The notes: generated by a model from the letters alone, not told the origin. A stretch of DNA of 64,000 nucleotides from Haliotis rubra (GCF_003918875.1 NW_025767414.1:186001-250000); one strand, 5' to 3'; shown: positions 1 through 12,280, counted from the first letter of the stretch. A program made the numbers and translations.

Positions 1-878
1 GACAGATTTTTGCCTACATCTGTGTCATATCTGTGCAGTAGTCACAAAACCAAGGATGATCGGAATATACCCCTCCAGTCACTGAAGTATTTTGGAAACA
101 TCGAAAGCTAAACGCGCCAAGTGTCTGACGGGTCATCTGGCGGGAATCGGCCGATCATCTTTCGGACGGATCAGTCTAAGTAATAACACAGCTTCCAAAT
201 CGTGAAAGTTGACATTCGCACATACCTTTTGAACTTTTACCTCAAAAACGTTTTGTACCCGAACGATTCCGAATGCTATTTTCCGCACGATCGCTTCCGA
301 GTGATGCACATGGAGCACACCACAAGAGTGAGTAAACAGTCGCTGAGAATAGCGTTTTGTCAGTATTCAAGGATGTCAGCTTGCGGAAATATTAGCTAAT
401 GGTAGCCATGTCAACAGAAACCCAAAAGCGTATACTCTGCAGGTCATATGTCTGTGTTTTATGTGGGTTTTCATTTGTTATGAGATCAGTGTTGGCGACC
501 GGGGAAGAGAAAATCCATTTTGTAAGTCCCGCCAAACCCTAAATAGTAGCCGTTGTCTGATTAGTTAAATCCGTTCTGCCGTCTCGCGTTTGATTGGACG
601 GTCATAGGTCGCTCAATGGTTACCTTACGCGACCTTCCACAAGGTTTTGTTAGACTCAGTATAGCAGTGTAACGAATAATACTGAGCCTAAGTTTACTTA
701 GACTGCCGGACGGATGTAAACCAAATCGTTCGGTTACCGATCAGGCGCCGATCGATGCCTGCTTTAATATCACCAGGTTCCCGCTCGCTAGAAAAGGAGC
801 CCGCTCAGTGCCCGGAAAATCAAATTTCGTGTTCGACTGCAAGTTGTTGTCTCACAATCCACATTTTAGAAGACATGA

Positions 879-1041
879 CTGACTGAGTTTGGTTTTACGC
901 CGCTTTTAGCAATATTCCAGCAATATCACGGCGGGGGGACACCAGAAATGGGCTTCACTCATTGTACCCATGTGGGGACTCGAACCCGGGTCTTCGGCGT
1001 GACGAGCCATCGCTTTAACCACTAGACTACCCAACCGCCCC
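879..1041 (-). mobile_element. tRNA-derived SINE (family A), full length, (AGTC)n-tail subfamily
   Basis: Minus strand has GGGGCGG, an A-box (TAGTCTAGTGG), a B-box (GGTTCGAGTCC), a body and the tail GCTGGAATATTGCTAAAAGCGGCGTAAAACC-(AGTC)n; flanked by TAGAAGACATGA direct repeats. Confidence 0.9.
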
Positions 1042-1053
1042 TAGAAGACATGA

Positions 1054-1322
1054 GTGAGTGAGTGAATTTAGTTTTACGCCGCACTCAGCAATATTCCAGC
1101 TATATGGCGGCGGTCTATAAATAATCGAGTCTGGACCAGACAATCCAGTGATCAACAGCATGAGCATCGATCTGCGCAATTGGGAACCGATGACATGTGT
1201 CAACCAAGTCAGCGAAACTGACCACCCGATCCCGTTAGTCGCCTCTTACGACAAGATAGTCGCTTTTTATGGCAAGCACATGGGTTGCTGAAGACCTATT
1301 CTACCCCGGATCTTCACGGGTC
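1054..1322 (-). mobile_element. Non-tRNA SINE-like retroelement (family B), full length
   Basis: Starts GACCCGTGAAGATCCGGG, contains TTGTCGTAAGAGGCGACTAA and ends in the family A-like 3' tail; TSD TAGAAGACATGA; many copies in the window. Confidence 0.85.
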
Positions 1323-2699
1323 TAGAAGACATGAAGAGAGGTAGAAGTGCAGAGGTAGAAATCGCCATGATGCTCCCTTTCTAGCTCTGCCGTCAGAGTC
1401 CCGAACTGCCCGACGCAACAGACAAGGCCGGATCCACCCCCTCCCTTGAAGCCGCTCTAAAGTACTGTTGGAAATAGAATTTTTTTTTTTTTTTAAATTT
1501 CACATTTATATCTACAATTTATGTAGTTGATCTGTCAAAGTGTGAAATATCTGTTAAGCCAAAATTGGCCTATAGTCTCATGGGTAGGGAGAAAAACAAC
1601 TTTACTTGGGAGAGATTAGTGCAGAAATAGTTAAAGTACGAAGATGCTTGCTTTACTATACTAGTTCAGGGCGAAAGTGTGCTTTATTACACTATACATG
1701 GTGGTAGAGCGAACTGGATTTCTTTTCTAAGATGCCAAATTTAATATTTTCTAAGGATAATTACGATTAATTTAAGGCAGAAACAAACGACGGTGTCGGT
1801 GACCCAACTGGCGTGCTGTTCTATTGATGTGTCTGCCCCCCTACGTTAAGACGAACGTTACCAGAAACAAACAAATGATAACAGTTTGATGACGGTTTAC
1901 GATCGGATTAAATATCTTCTCTAAATTATTTTAATTACATCTGTCATTAACGTAAACCATATGGGACAATATGAACGTCGCATTTCTACTACCAACGTAA
2001 GTTTAGATCAGTACATCTAGATGAAGCTGAGTAGTCAAGCGACATTCCACGATTGCATTGTGGGAATGTAAACATTGCGAACATTACCGTGTCGCTGAAA
2101 ACTTGTGAGTCGAATTGACACATTTTAACCGTCGTAAAATATAAACGTAATGTTTCCACCAGTGATGTTAGCTGCGTGAAGCAACTGCAAACCAAGAAAC
2201 GGGATGCAACGGAGTAGTTTACTGTAGGAGGCCGTACGAGGCGATGACAACTGTAAAATGGTTCGATTACGAGGGAGCACACTAGAATGGCGTAGTGACG
2301 GGATAACGTCATTCAATTGTTACGTCATCAAAAAAATATACCTTTATTGTCTGATAATGTAATTTTTGTTTCGATTGTTCTAACTTCTAGGCATCTTAGA
2401 AATTGTATTACAAGGACACTTTTTAGCTTCATTATAAACGATACAAAATAATAACTTTAATACTGAAACTATTACGGATGTAGCTACAATGGAGTCTCAC
2501 TATCACCATAAAAACAAACAGGTAGAAGGGGTCGTCGCGAAAACAAAACAAGGAAGTGTTATTAATGAAACGGACTAATTTCTTTAAATAAGATACGGAA
2601 GGCCTTATCAATAGAGACCTCAACACAGATGTTACTCGCAGAACGCGCATCCGTCACCTCGACAATTTCTCCAAAACCTATAACTTGGCGGAGTCGAAG

Positions 2700-2909
2700 C
2701 ACAACATATCACTGAATGACAATTGGTTGTTCTGCAAGGAGTCAGTTCCGCCCGTGTTTCATTCATTGTTACATACGTTTCCCCAAAATACCAAGGTTGT
2801 GACACTTGACTTCCATATCCTGGTTACCATGACACTAGACATCCTGTGACACGTGATCACAGCTACCCAGTGGGCTGGAGAAACACATCAGGGACAGAGC
2901 GACTATCAA
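2700..2909 (+). other. Putative non-coding 5'-UTR exon of GPCR copy 1 (start approximate)
   Basis: Block conserved with 18840-19052; ends at donor AA|GTAAGT (GT 2910-2911); matching acceptor TTCTTGTTCCAG at 4113-4124 lies 12 nt before the ATG. Confidence 0.55.
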
Positions 2910-3759
2910 GTAAGTAAAATACTTGCGTTTTCCTGTAATAATTTATCCCTGCCTAAACTACATTTTTGCCAGCATTTATTTTAACGTTTTTCATTTGTGG
3001 CAAGACTTACCCGCGTTTTATGTTCTCAGAAAACTGAGACAAAGTAGGTGAGGGACAAGAATGAAATTTGCCTGTTCCTTTTATGTGGAGACGCCCTAAG
3101 TGATGCGGCAAATAGTGAGTGAGTGAGTATGTTTTACGCCGCTTTTAGCAATATGCCACCAATATCACGGTGAGGGCACCAGAAATGGGCTTCACACTGT
3201 ACAACGCTTTAACCACTACGCTAGCCCACCGCCCCAATGCGGCTAATAGTTGCCGACAAGCATGGGTATAGTGGTGACGTACATTTCCAAATCGGGTGAA
3301 TTTAGGTTTGGATCCTTGTGTGATGTTTACGCTTTAGACCAAGACTGAGTGAGTGAGTTGGGTTTTACACCGCTTTTAGCACTATTCCAGCAATATCACG
3401 GCGAGGGACACCAGAAATGGCGTTTAAATGACTTCACAACGGACACACACGCGGCGGCGGCAGTCTGTAAATAATCGAGTCTGGACCAGGCAATCCAGTG
3501 ATCACCAGCATGAGCATCGATCTACGCAGTTTGGACACGATGACGTGTCAACCAGGTCAGCGAGTCTGACTACCCGATACCGTTAGTCGCCTCTTACAAC
3601 AAGCATAACTAAAATGGGCTTAAGAAAATAATTATACAGCCTTATATGTGCGTTGGAAGATGGGCAGTGGTATATACAAACTTACCTCGATTTACTACAG
3701 AGAGATGCCTCCCTTGGGAATGCCTGGGTTAATAAGTGTCTTGCCACCCGGCCTGTATG

Positions 3760-3927
3760 TGAGTGAGTGAGTGAGTTTAAATTTACGCCGCTTTTAGCAA
3801 TATTCCAGCAACATCACGGCGGGGAACACCAGAAAGGGGCTAGCACATTGTACTCATGTGGGGAATCGAACCCATGTCTTCGGCGTGGCGAACGGACGCT
3901 TTAACCACAAGGCTACCCCACCGCCCC
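3760..3927 (-). mobile_element. SINE family A in the 5'-UTR intron of GPCR copy 1
   Basis: Family A sequence with TSD CTGTATGT; paralogous copy at 21003-21167. Confidence 0.85.
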
Positions 3928-4136
3928 TCGATCTGTATGTTTTCACAGGGCGATTACAGATCAATCAGATTCTTTAGAGAGTAATGAAACTACTGAAAGA
4001 GACGCGACATTTAAATCCGAATTATTCTGCTCGTTCTGTTCAAAGGAAAGCATCGAGTAAGCTCCAGAAGCGTTTGTCCAATTCTATTGCATGTGAAGTA
4101 AACGAATAATGATTCTTGTTCCAGACGGTTTGAGCA

Positions 4137-5372
4137 ATGTCCCTCAACTTATCAGAAAACGACATTGCGGATTACCTACGTCGTCATGACAACGCCTACG
4201 CCATCCAAACTTTACCCGCCATCTTGTACCTCGTCATACTGATGCTACTGGGCTTTGTCGGCAACTCCATCGTCTGCTATGTCTATCTCTTTAAGTTTCA
4301 TAGTGTCACAACCACATCATACTTCGTCGTGGCATTGGCAGTGCTAGATCTCTTAAACTGCATCACAAACATCCCCTTTGAAATCGTCGACCTCAGACAC
4401 AACTTTACCCTCGGATCTTCGGTCGTCTGCAAGATCATGCCATTGACCGTGACCTTTGTATCTCTTGCCTCTGGAACTGTTTTGCTAGCCGTTGCAGTGG
4501 TCAGGTATCGGAAGGTGTGTCATGCGTTTCGCAAACAGTTGACGAAATCGACAGCAAAGTTGGCCATTCTGCTTTGTTTTGTATTGGCTGCCGGTATGTC
4601 CGCGCCGAGTGTGTTTCTATTTGGGCCAAGGACGGTCGTGCTTGGCGGGGACGTTAACGGCACCGAATGTGGCGTATCGGAATCTTTTGAAGAGAGCGTG
4701 TTCGCTGTCGTTTACAACGGAGTCCAGTTTCTCGAGTTTGTCGTTGCCACAGTGACTATCGTCGTGCTGTATGTATTAATATGGCGTCAGATATCAAGGC
4801 AGCACAAATACGTGAGCACGGTAACCACGAGCGCCAATACTGGACGAACCTATGAGGTTCACGTTGCCCGCAGCAGCGAGAACGAGGCCACGTCAATGTC
4901 AACGGGAGATCTATATATTTCGTCCTCAAATGACAGCGAACAGGGTAAGAGTATCTCCAATGTCAGCAAATCACAGGATTCGACCATTCCTGGGAACAAC
5001 AGTGCTACAACAGTCCAAAGACAGCCAAATCTTGAAGATGCACAACAGCCATCTCAGTCTGACGACACAGACACGGTGAGAGTCAAGGACACGCCAAGGT
5101 CACAACGTGAGATACAAGTCCGGAAGACAACATTAATGCTATTCCTCATCAGCCTCGTTTTCATTCTCAGCTTCCTGCCTCATCTTGGCATCATGGCGGC
5201 CACCGTTAACAACAAGCACCTGTACGACAATCTCCAAGGAGCCCAGATCGCCGCATACAACATCTGTGAGAGATCCTATTTCATCAACAGCGCCTCCAAC
5301 CCCATCATTTACAGCTTCTGCAGCGTCAACTTCCGTCGAGCCGTCAGGGATATGATAAAGAGGAAGAAATAA
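4137..5372 (+). CDS. Class A (rhodopsin-like) GPCR, peptide-receptor-like, paralog 1 (VRY variant)
   Basis: 411-aa ORF with 7 hydrophobic helices: GN (TM1), LAVLD (TM2), TM3 Cys plus ECL2 Cys, VRY at the DRY position, long Ser/Thr-rich ICL3, SFLP (TM6), NPIIY (TM7), N-terminal NLS sequon. Confidence 0.95.
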   Translation: MSLNLSENDIADYLRRHDNAYAIQTLPAILYLVILMLLGFVGNSIVCYVYLFKFHSVTTTSYFVVALAVLDLLNCITNIPFEIVDLRHNFTLGSSVVCKIMPLTVTFVSLASGTVLLAVAVVRYRKVCHAFRKQLTKSTAKLAILLCFVLAAGMSAPSVFLFGPRTVVLGGDVNGTECGVSESFEESVFAVVYNGVQFLEFVVATVTIVVLYVLIWRQISRQHKYVSTVTTSANTGRTYEVHVARSSENEATSMSTGDLYISSSNDSEQGKSISNVSKSQDSTIPGNNSATTVQRQPNLEDAQQPSQSDDTDTVRVKDTPRSQREIQVRKTTLMLFLISLVFILSFLPHLGIMAATVNNKHLYDNLQGAQIAAYNICERSYFINSASNPIIYSFCSVNFRRAVRDMIKRKK

Positions 5373-5920
5373 TAAGAAACCAGACTCAGAAACGTTTAGC
5401 CTGATGGCCTACGATGCATCGATGGAGAATTCGTAACTACTGTACAATACATGAGCAGCGACTATGACCTCAAAAATTGATATTAATGCCCAGACTCATA
5501 CTTGTTTTAATAGTGCCAGTTCACTCAAGTAACATCGATACCAGACTGTCACAGTACACTGACTCCGAGCCAACATCGTTGCTAAGAGACACGAAGGGTA
5601 ACAATAAGTACCATCATTAAACATATTTGGGTTTGACTCGGACGAGGATCGAACTCCCGATCTTAAGCTACTCGGGCAGACGCTTGGCTAACAACACCAC
5701 GGAGGTGGTGAAATCTATGGCGGAAACAAGAAGATAGAGAGACTTCGAAAGAGATTTAGAAGACAACCCGTCACTGCTTCAGCTGTTATTTTCGGGTCCA
5801 CAGAATAATTTGAAGTCCAAGTTGTGAAGTCGTGTTATTCTTAAGACCCCTCTCCCATCCACCAGGGTGGAAGTCATTTACTGTTTCAGTTGATGCTGGG
5901 GTAAAAAAACTAATTTGCTA

Positions 5921-6186
5921 TCCCAGGACCACTAGCTGCCAAGTCAGCTGCCATGTCATAGCTGCCATGACCACTAGCTGCCATGCCATCCCAGGACCCT
6001 AGCTGCCATGATGACCACTAGCTGCCATGTCATCCCAGGACCACTAGCTGCCATGTCATCCCAGGACCACTAGCTGCCATGTCATCCCAGGACCACTAGC
6101 TGCCATGTCATCCCAGGACCACTAGCTGCCATGTCATCCCAGGACCACTAGCTGCCATGTCATCCCAGGACCACTAGCTGCCATGT
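5921..6186. repeat. 26-bp minisatellite CCCAGGACCACTAGCTGCCATGTCAT, about 10 copies
   Basis: Direct tandem repeats, degenerate at the left end. Confidence 0.9.
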
Positions 6187-7542
6187 CTGGAATGTTGTAC
6201 AGTTGTGCCGGAAAAAGCAAATGTACTGATTTGCTAAGGTATGTCTACAAAAGACATCAGGTTTTAAATGTATTTTATATTCAAATAAATTATATTTTCA
6301 AAATCCCAAATCATTCTAAGATTACTGACAAAGTGTCACTGCAGTTCATGCTTTGTATAACATCGCTATTACCAACTGAAAATCCAAACACAAGAAAAAA
6401 TCAACTGAAATGTTTAGTTTCTTTTGCTCCTCAGTATAGATTTTAATCAGCCTCATTTTATGTGCCTCTGCGTGTGAACTTGTTGGAGCGTGCTCCGTGA
6501 TGCTCAGATAATGTGTACTTCCTTGTGACAAGTTAGGCTCAGATAATGTGTACTTCCTTGCGACAATTCTCGGGAACAACTCTACCCTGATACATGATCG
6601 TGAATAACAGACATGACAATCTGACCAGAATGAAAATGTCTCAGATCAATCATCATCATCATCATCATCTCTTATTCTTTGTAACTCGTACCCTTTTGTG
6701 TATTTCTTTTCGGTAAATATAGACGTCGTCATCAACATCATCATCATCATCATCATCATCATAATTTCTTATTCTTTGTAACTCGTAACCTTTTGTTCGT
6801 GTATTTCGTGTAAATATCATCAAAGTCAACATCAGTATCCCTTATTCTTTGTAACTCGTAACACTTATCTAGTAGATGTGTATTTTGTTTCACGGGGGTT
6901 TGTGTCTGGATTTCTGTGGAATTGTTGATATTTACTGGACAATCCACAGAGACGGAAATTCGCTGCCACTTGGCGTGCTCATTCCCAAATATTGGACAAC
7001 CAGTACCGCCTCGTACTCATGTCAATGATCCGTAGTATATCCGTACCCAATGAAAATATACGTGATTTCAAGTTAATGTTTGTATTCTAAACTGCATTAG
7101 TCAGCTAATGAAATGAAATGCAATGACCCGGAAATACTTTGTCACCACTCGCCCTTTTCCGTAACCTCGAAGTCACTATTCGGCTTCTCCCGGAATAACA
7201 CGAGCGAGCACCTTTAGAATCCCTCACCATGATTTGTAAGGAAGTAACTTGCAACCTGAAGTGATACAAAGAAGTGTCTTAACAAGTGAGTGAGTTTAGT
7301 TTTACGCCGCACTCAGCAATATTCCATCTATATGGCGGCGGTCTTTAAATAATCGAGTCCGGACCAGGAAACCCAGTGATCAACAGCATGAACATCGATC
7401 TGAGCAATTGGTCTTTAACAAGACATTGTACACCAGACATTACTCAGACAAATTCATACCAAAGTAAACCAACAATTACTCTCTTGAATGGTACAAGTGC
7501 CGCTCAGTGGTCTTCATTATGGGTGTCACCTCTCGACCATCA

Positions 7543-7705
7543 GAGTGAGTGAGTTTAGTTTTAAGCCGCTTTTAGCAATATTCCAGCAAGATCACAGTAG
7601 GGGACACCAGAATTAGCTTCACACATTGTACCCATATGGGTACTCGAGCCCGGGTCCTCAGCGTGACGAGCGAACGCCTTAACCACTAGACCACCCCACT
7701 GCCCC
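7543..7705 (-). mobile_element. SINE family A
   Basis: Family A sequence with imperfect TSD ACCATC(A/G)GAG. Confidence 0.85.
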
Positions 7706-7777
7706 ACCATCGGAGCAGATTGAAGTAAGACGCATTTGCAATACCTTTACATGTTTAGTTGAAGACCGTCTATTTTC

Positions 7778-7962
7778 TATGGTGGCTGATTAGGGCCATC
7801 GCTTTCTCACCTTAAAATTCGGAGGCGAGAAAGCGATATCATGAGATGAGAAAGCGAAAACGCGAGACGAGAAAGCGATAGCACGAGACGGGAAAGCAAT
7901 AACACGAGACGAGAAAGCGATACCATTACGCGAGAAAGCGATGGCCCTAATCAGCCACCATA
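7778..7962. mobile_element. MITE with TATGG...CCATA termini and a 6-bp TSD (IS3EU-like non-autonomous element)
   Basis: Perfect 31-bp TIR TATGGTGGCTGATTAGGGCCATCGCTTTCTC; ATTTTC on both flanks; internal ~21-bp GAGAAAGCGA repeats. Confidence 0.8.
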
Positions 7963-8040
7963 ATTTTCATTTTTTAGGTCCGTTTCAAATATTTGTGTCG
8001 ACTGGTATTTGTTAGTTTGTGTTTGACGGAACACTCAGAA

Positions 8041-8282
8041 TATACTTCCCATCAAAAGTTTAGACTCACTAGTGTAAATATAGCCACTTACTTCAGGCAA
8101 CTGTTCTTAACTAAATTTTGCAAAATATTCCATACTGTTTAAAGGTACTGTGCGCAATTCATCTGCAGAAAGTTTGCAGTTGGTTCCCCCAAGTTAGAGA
8201 AATCAATCTTCGATGTAACCATATATATACATAGCATATAGTGAGTGTTTTAAGTGAGTCTAAACTTTTGATGGGAGGTATA
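8041..8282. mobile_element. Tc1/mariner-type MITE inserted in a family B fragment
   Basis: ~30-bp TIRs TATACTTCCCATCAAAAGTTTAGACTCACT / AGTGAGTCTAAACTTTTGATGGGAGGTATA with TA ends. Confidence 0.75.
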
Positions 8283-8699
8283 GTCCAGTGATGAGACGGT
8301 GGTCTGTAAATAATCGAACCCGGACCAGACAATCCAATGATTGACATCATGAGCATCAGATCCAGTTAGTGGCTTCCTAAAACAAGCATTGGATCTTCAC
8401 GGGACCCTTCCACTTAGGAGTGACTTATGGTTTTGCGAGGCTTTCAGTACCATCTCAGCGAGGGGGACGGGGTTTGAGACAATGTAACCAATTTGGGATT
8501 CGATCCAGGCCTAACGAACGAGCCCTATCACATCTAAGCTACCCCACCAACCTGACTCCATTCAATCTGAAGTTGCAAACCAGTGTAAAGTTTCAAAGAC
8601 TTGAGTTCGAACCTCCTTGGACTACCAGATCCGCGAAAGAATTGGTCTTCAGCAACCCACGCTTCTCGTAAGAGGCATAAGATTCGATCATTTACAGAT

Positions 8700-8915
8700 C
8701 GCCGGTTAGAGCGGAAGGTCGCGGGTTCGATCCCCGACCGCGTCATACCAAAAGACGTTAAAATATGGCACTTGTTGGTCCCTGCCTGGCGCTCGGCATT
8801 AATCGGTACAACAAGGACTTGTCTGCTCGGAGTCAGTATAATGTGTCTGAGTGGGGTATTCCTGCTTCACTGCGGCATGGTATCTCAGTGGGCGAACACT
8901 ATAGAGGCCCAAGTT
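8700..8915 (+). mobile_element. Third SINE type: partial tRNA head plus a central domain resembling the MetaSINE core
   Basis: B-box GGTTCGATCCC followed by GTCATACCAAAAGACGTTAAAATATGGCACTTG...CCCTGCCTGGCGCTCGGCATT; superfamily assignment is from recall only. Confidence 0.5.
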
Positions 8916-9016
8916 TGTTTTCTTTTTTGCACTGAAACGGTAATTAGGTTTTGTTCAATACACCTGTCGTTTCCGGACCGACAAACCTGCAAATGTGAAA
9001 GAAATAAAACAAAATG

Positions 9017-9165
9017 TAGTAGTGGTTAAGGCGTTCGCTCGTCACGTCGAAGACCCGGGTACGATTCCCCACATGGGCACAATATGTGAAGCCAATTTCT
9101 GGTGTTCCCCGTCGTAATATTGCTGGAATGTGGCTCAAAGCAGCGTAAAACTAAACTCACTCACT
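9017..9165 (+). mobile_element. SINE family A
   Basis: TAGTGGTTAAGGCGTTCGCTCGTCACG...AAACTCACTCAC. Confidence 0.8.
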
Positions 9166-9502
9166 TAAATACACAATGCCATTTATAAAGTGGTCAAATG
9201 TAGCATATGTTATACACGTTCTCAGTAAAGTACTGATTCTAGTTCTTACGGGTTTCAACCAACACTCGCAGAGTCAGGCATCTAACTGCCAGCACATAGA
9301 GTCAGTGCTCAGCCCAACAAAATTTCTAGAATAAGAAATTCACTGTGGAAGTGCTGTCCCAAATGTAACACATGCCTCATTCATTCAGTTCACAATCTTC
9401 GTCCTCAGCTGAATCGGCGATTTGTTTACACAGGTGATACACTGCATCAACTGTCGCCGCAGGAGCAGGATTAGTCAGACAGAACCTACGTTCCTGAACC
9501 TG

Positions 9503-9906
9503 AAGAAAAACTGTCATTATTTATTTGTGCGTTTTCCAAGTTTGTTACAAGGGCGCATTGGCAACTAAAGGAACAGTGCGAAAAAGCGAGATGCACGTGC
9601 ATTAGTGACGTCAGAGACATGTTATTACTGCTGATTGACAAAGTGAGAGAAAATGACAGGTTATAACTTACAAAGTCTATGATTTCTTCAAAGATGAAAA
9701 CGACAGGGGGTGACCGAAGTATGCAATAACTAAGTACATACAGCGCACTGCATGTGCAGCTGGGGTACGTATCATCACGCCAGCTCAAAAATTTGTTAAG
9801 AACCCGTTAACGCACGTGCATCTCGCTTTTCGCGTTGTTCCTTTAGTTGCCAATGCGCCCTTGTAACAAACTGGGAAAACGCACAAACAAATGATGGCAG
9901 TTTCTT
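9503..9906. mobile_element. Foldback/MITE with ~100-bp inverted arms
   Basis: 9503-9605 is approximately the reverse complement of 9805-9906 (core GTTTGTTACAAGGGCGCATTGGCAACTAAAGGAACA). Confidence 0.75.
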
Positions 9907-10805
9907 AATCAACATTTTTATTTTTGTGACAAAAATTATGCATTTTTTTTCTAGAGTTGGTCTGTTGTTTTTATTGCACTCCGCGTTGGTTTGATTCTTT
10001 TTATGTCTATTTGTTTTTGTGTTAGATTGCAATTCATCGATATCATTTTGTCACAATGACTGTACAGGTCATATCAATTCAAAGGGCTGCGTGGAAGAGA
10101 CAATAATACAGTTCCGGGACCGTGAGACAGACCATACATCGCGTTACAGGTCAGGTGACCTTTATCCGACCAATCAGAGAATCGCTTACAAGATCTTGTC
10201 ACTGCCCAGAGCTAAATCAGCGATTTGTTCACACTGGTGATATGCTGCATCAGCTATGGCTGCTAGTATGGCTGCTACCGATATAGAACAGAGAGATCGA
10301 TAATCGTTAACTAAACATCGATAAATATCGGAGAGGTAACTTTAAACAAAAATGCCCTAAATGTCTGAAAGAAATCAAAATATTTCACTGGTGGGTGTTG
10401 ACATGTTTTTGCATGGATTATTAGCAAAACAGCATCCTGAACATAATTTAGAAGCAGACCATGAATAAAGTCCTAAAATTGCATATTGTGTGAGAACATT
10501 TAAACTTTTTCTTTCACAAAAGTTAATGTACCATATTATCGGATGACATAGCTTTCATATCGATAATCATTGATAATTATTCCTATCGACAATATTTCCT
10601 ATTATCGATCATTTTAGCCCTTGCTGTTATTGCAGGACTAGACAGATAACACCCTACATTCGAAAGTATGCCGGATAAACCATCTCCTCTGTTCAGGAAG
10701 TCCTTGTTGGATGTAACCTTTTAGATGAAGTGTTCGAGTGTGCTTTATTTCCTGGGTAAGGATTGTGTGTCAGTCGACATGCCTCTGTTGAATATCTCTG
10801 CTGCA

Positions 10806-11041
10806 GACCCCTGAAGATCCGGGTTAGAATTGGTCTTCAGTAACTCATGCTTTTCGTAAGAGGCGACTAACGGGATCGGGTGGTCAAGCTTGGTTAACAC
10901 GTGTCATTGTATCCCAATTGCATAGAACAATGCTCATGATGTTGATCACTGGGTTGTCTGGTCCAGACTCGATTATTTACAGACCGCCTCCATATAGCTG
11001 GAATATTTAGTGTGGTGTAAAATTAAACTCACTCACTCACT
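10806..11041 (+). mobile_element. Family B retroelement, full length
   Basis: GACCCCTGAAGATCCGGG...(ACTC)n with TSD TCTCTGCTG. Confidence 0.85.
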
Positions 11042-12280
11042 CTCTGCTGTAACATATGTTATATTTGGGATTATACTTTCTTAGTAAAGTACAGATTATA
11101 GTATTTTTGTACTTCGAACCCAGAGTCAGACACCTAATCGCCAGCACACAAAGTCAGCCGCCAAACCCGAGCAGCCACCGCGACTTCCACTCCCAAATAT
11201 AACATATGTTACTGGCAAACAAGGATAAGTTGGACCGGCGCAGAGAACACGTTTACGAGAAGTAGGCGGTGCACGGCAATGAGCAAACCCATTTGGTTTG
11301 TGAAAGGTAGGACAGATGTAGGCTAGTGCTGGTGCAGTACATGACGATGAAATTGATTCCGCGCGTAGCTGCACACGCCTTGGTCATAAGACTCTCACGT
11401 CGGTGTACCAAGTCGCACTTCACTTGATCGCAGACAACATCACCCCCTGGAACCCTGTACTGAAGGCGTCAAGTGATACTGATTCTGTACAGCGAGCGCG
11501 CCAGTGATAGTGATCGGGGATTACGGACGTAAATGCGTGGGTTGATGAAAATATCTATATTTATTGTTACAAACAAATCATAACTCCCAAATAAGCATAG
11601 TACATGCATGTGTAGGCATCAATGCATCCCCGTATCATTTTCAATTTAGGGAGGTATAAAACTGAGAAAGCTATCGGCGAGTTAAGATCAGTAACATTCT
11701 GTAAAACATTGAATAATATGCATTGTGTCAATATAAATTTATTAGGGAAGAAATATAAAATGAAATCATATTTGTAACAGTTTAGTGCTCATTTGGGCCA
11801 ATTTTCTAGTTATTTACTTTACTATTTTTAGAGAATTTATAAAAATGTTTGATGAAACCCACAAGGAAATGGCTGATCATGAGGGCGTGCAGAGCATAGC
11901 TAGGTTTGCATTGTAACAACTCAGCTAATGAAGGTAAACGTGGAACAAATTCTTGGTCCAATTTTAGTGAACCCGCTTCCATAAAAGAACTAGCCATATT
12001 TTACTTTCATATTTGAAGTCTACAATACAATGCCTCGAATGTCTTATCAAAATTCTGAAAACAATATATTGTGTTCAACTGAAACACACTTTCATGATTC
12101 TGTAAACACAAATTATTTAAAATTAGACCTTTTTCATTCTTGTTTTAGAAAGGTTAGATGTACCATTGAATATATTTCGATAATCGTACGGTAAACGAAG
12201 AGAAGATTTAGAGTCATACATCTATGAAAAAATGTATTCATAGGCTTTCCTGCCACACAAGAGTTTAGTATTATGTGCAC

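Noticed and set aside
1-860. CpG-rich segment with short ORFs (133-318, 202-399)
   Set aside because: No recognisable protein motif or termini inside the window; possibly part of a repeat truncated by the window edge
2822-2835. RFX X-box-like GTTACCATG(A/G)CAC in both GPCR upstream exons as a sign of ciliary expression
   Set aside because: The second half-site is imperfect and similar motifs occur in unrelated introns (e.g. 41130), so it is not discriminating
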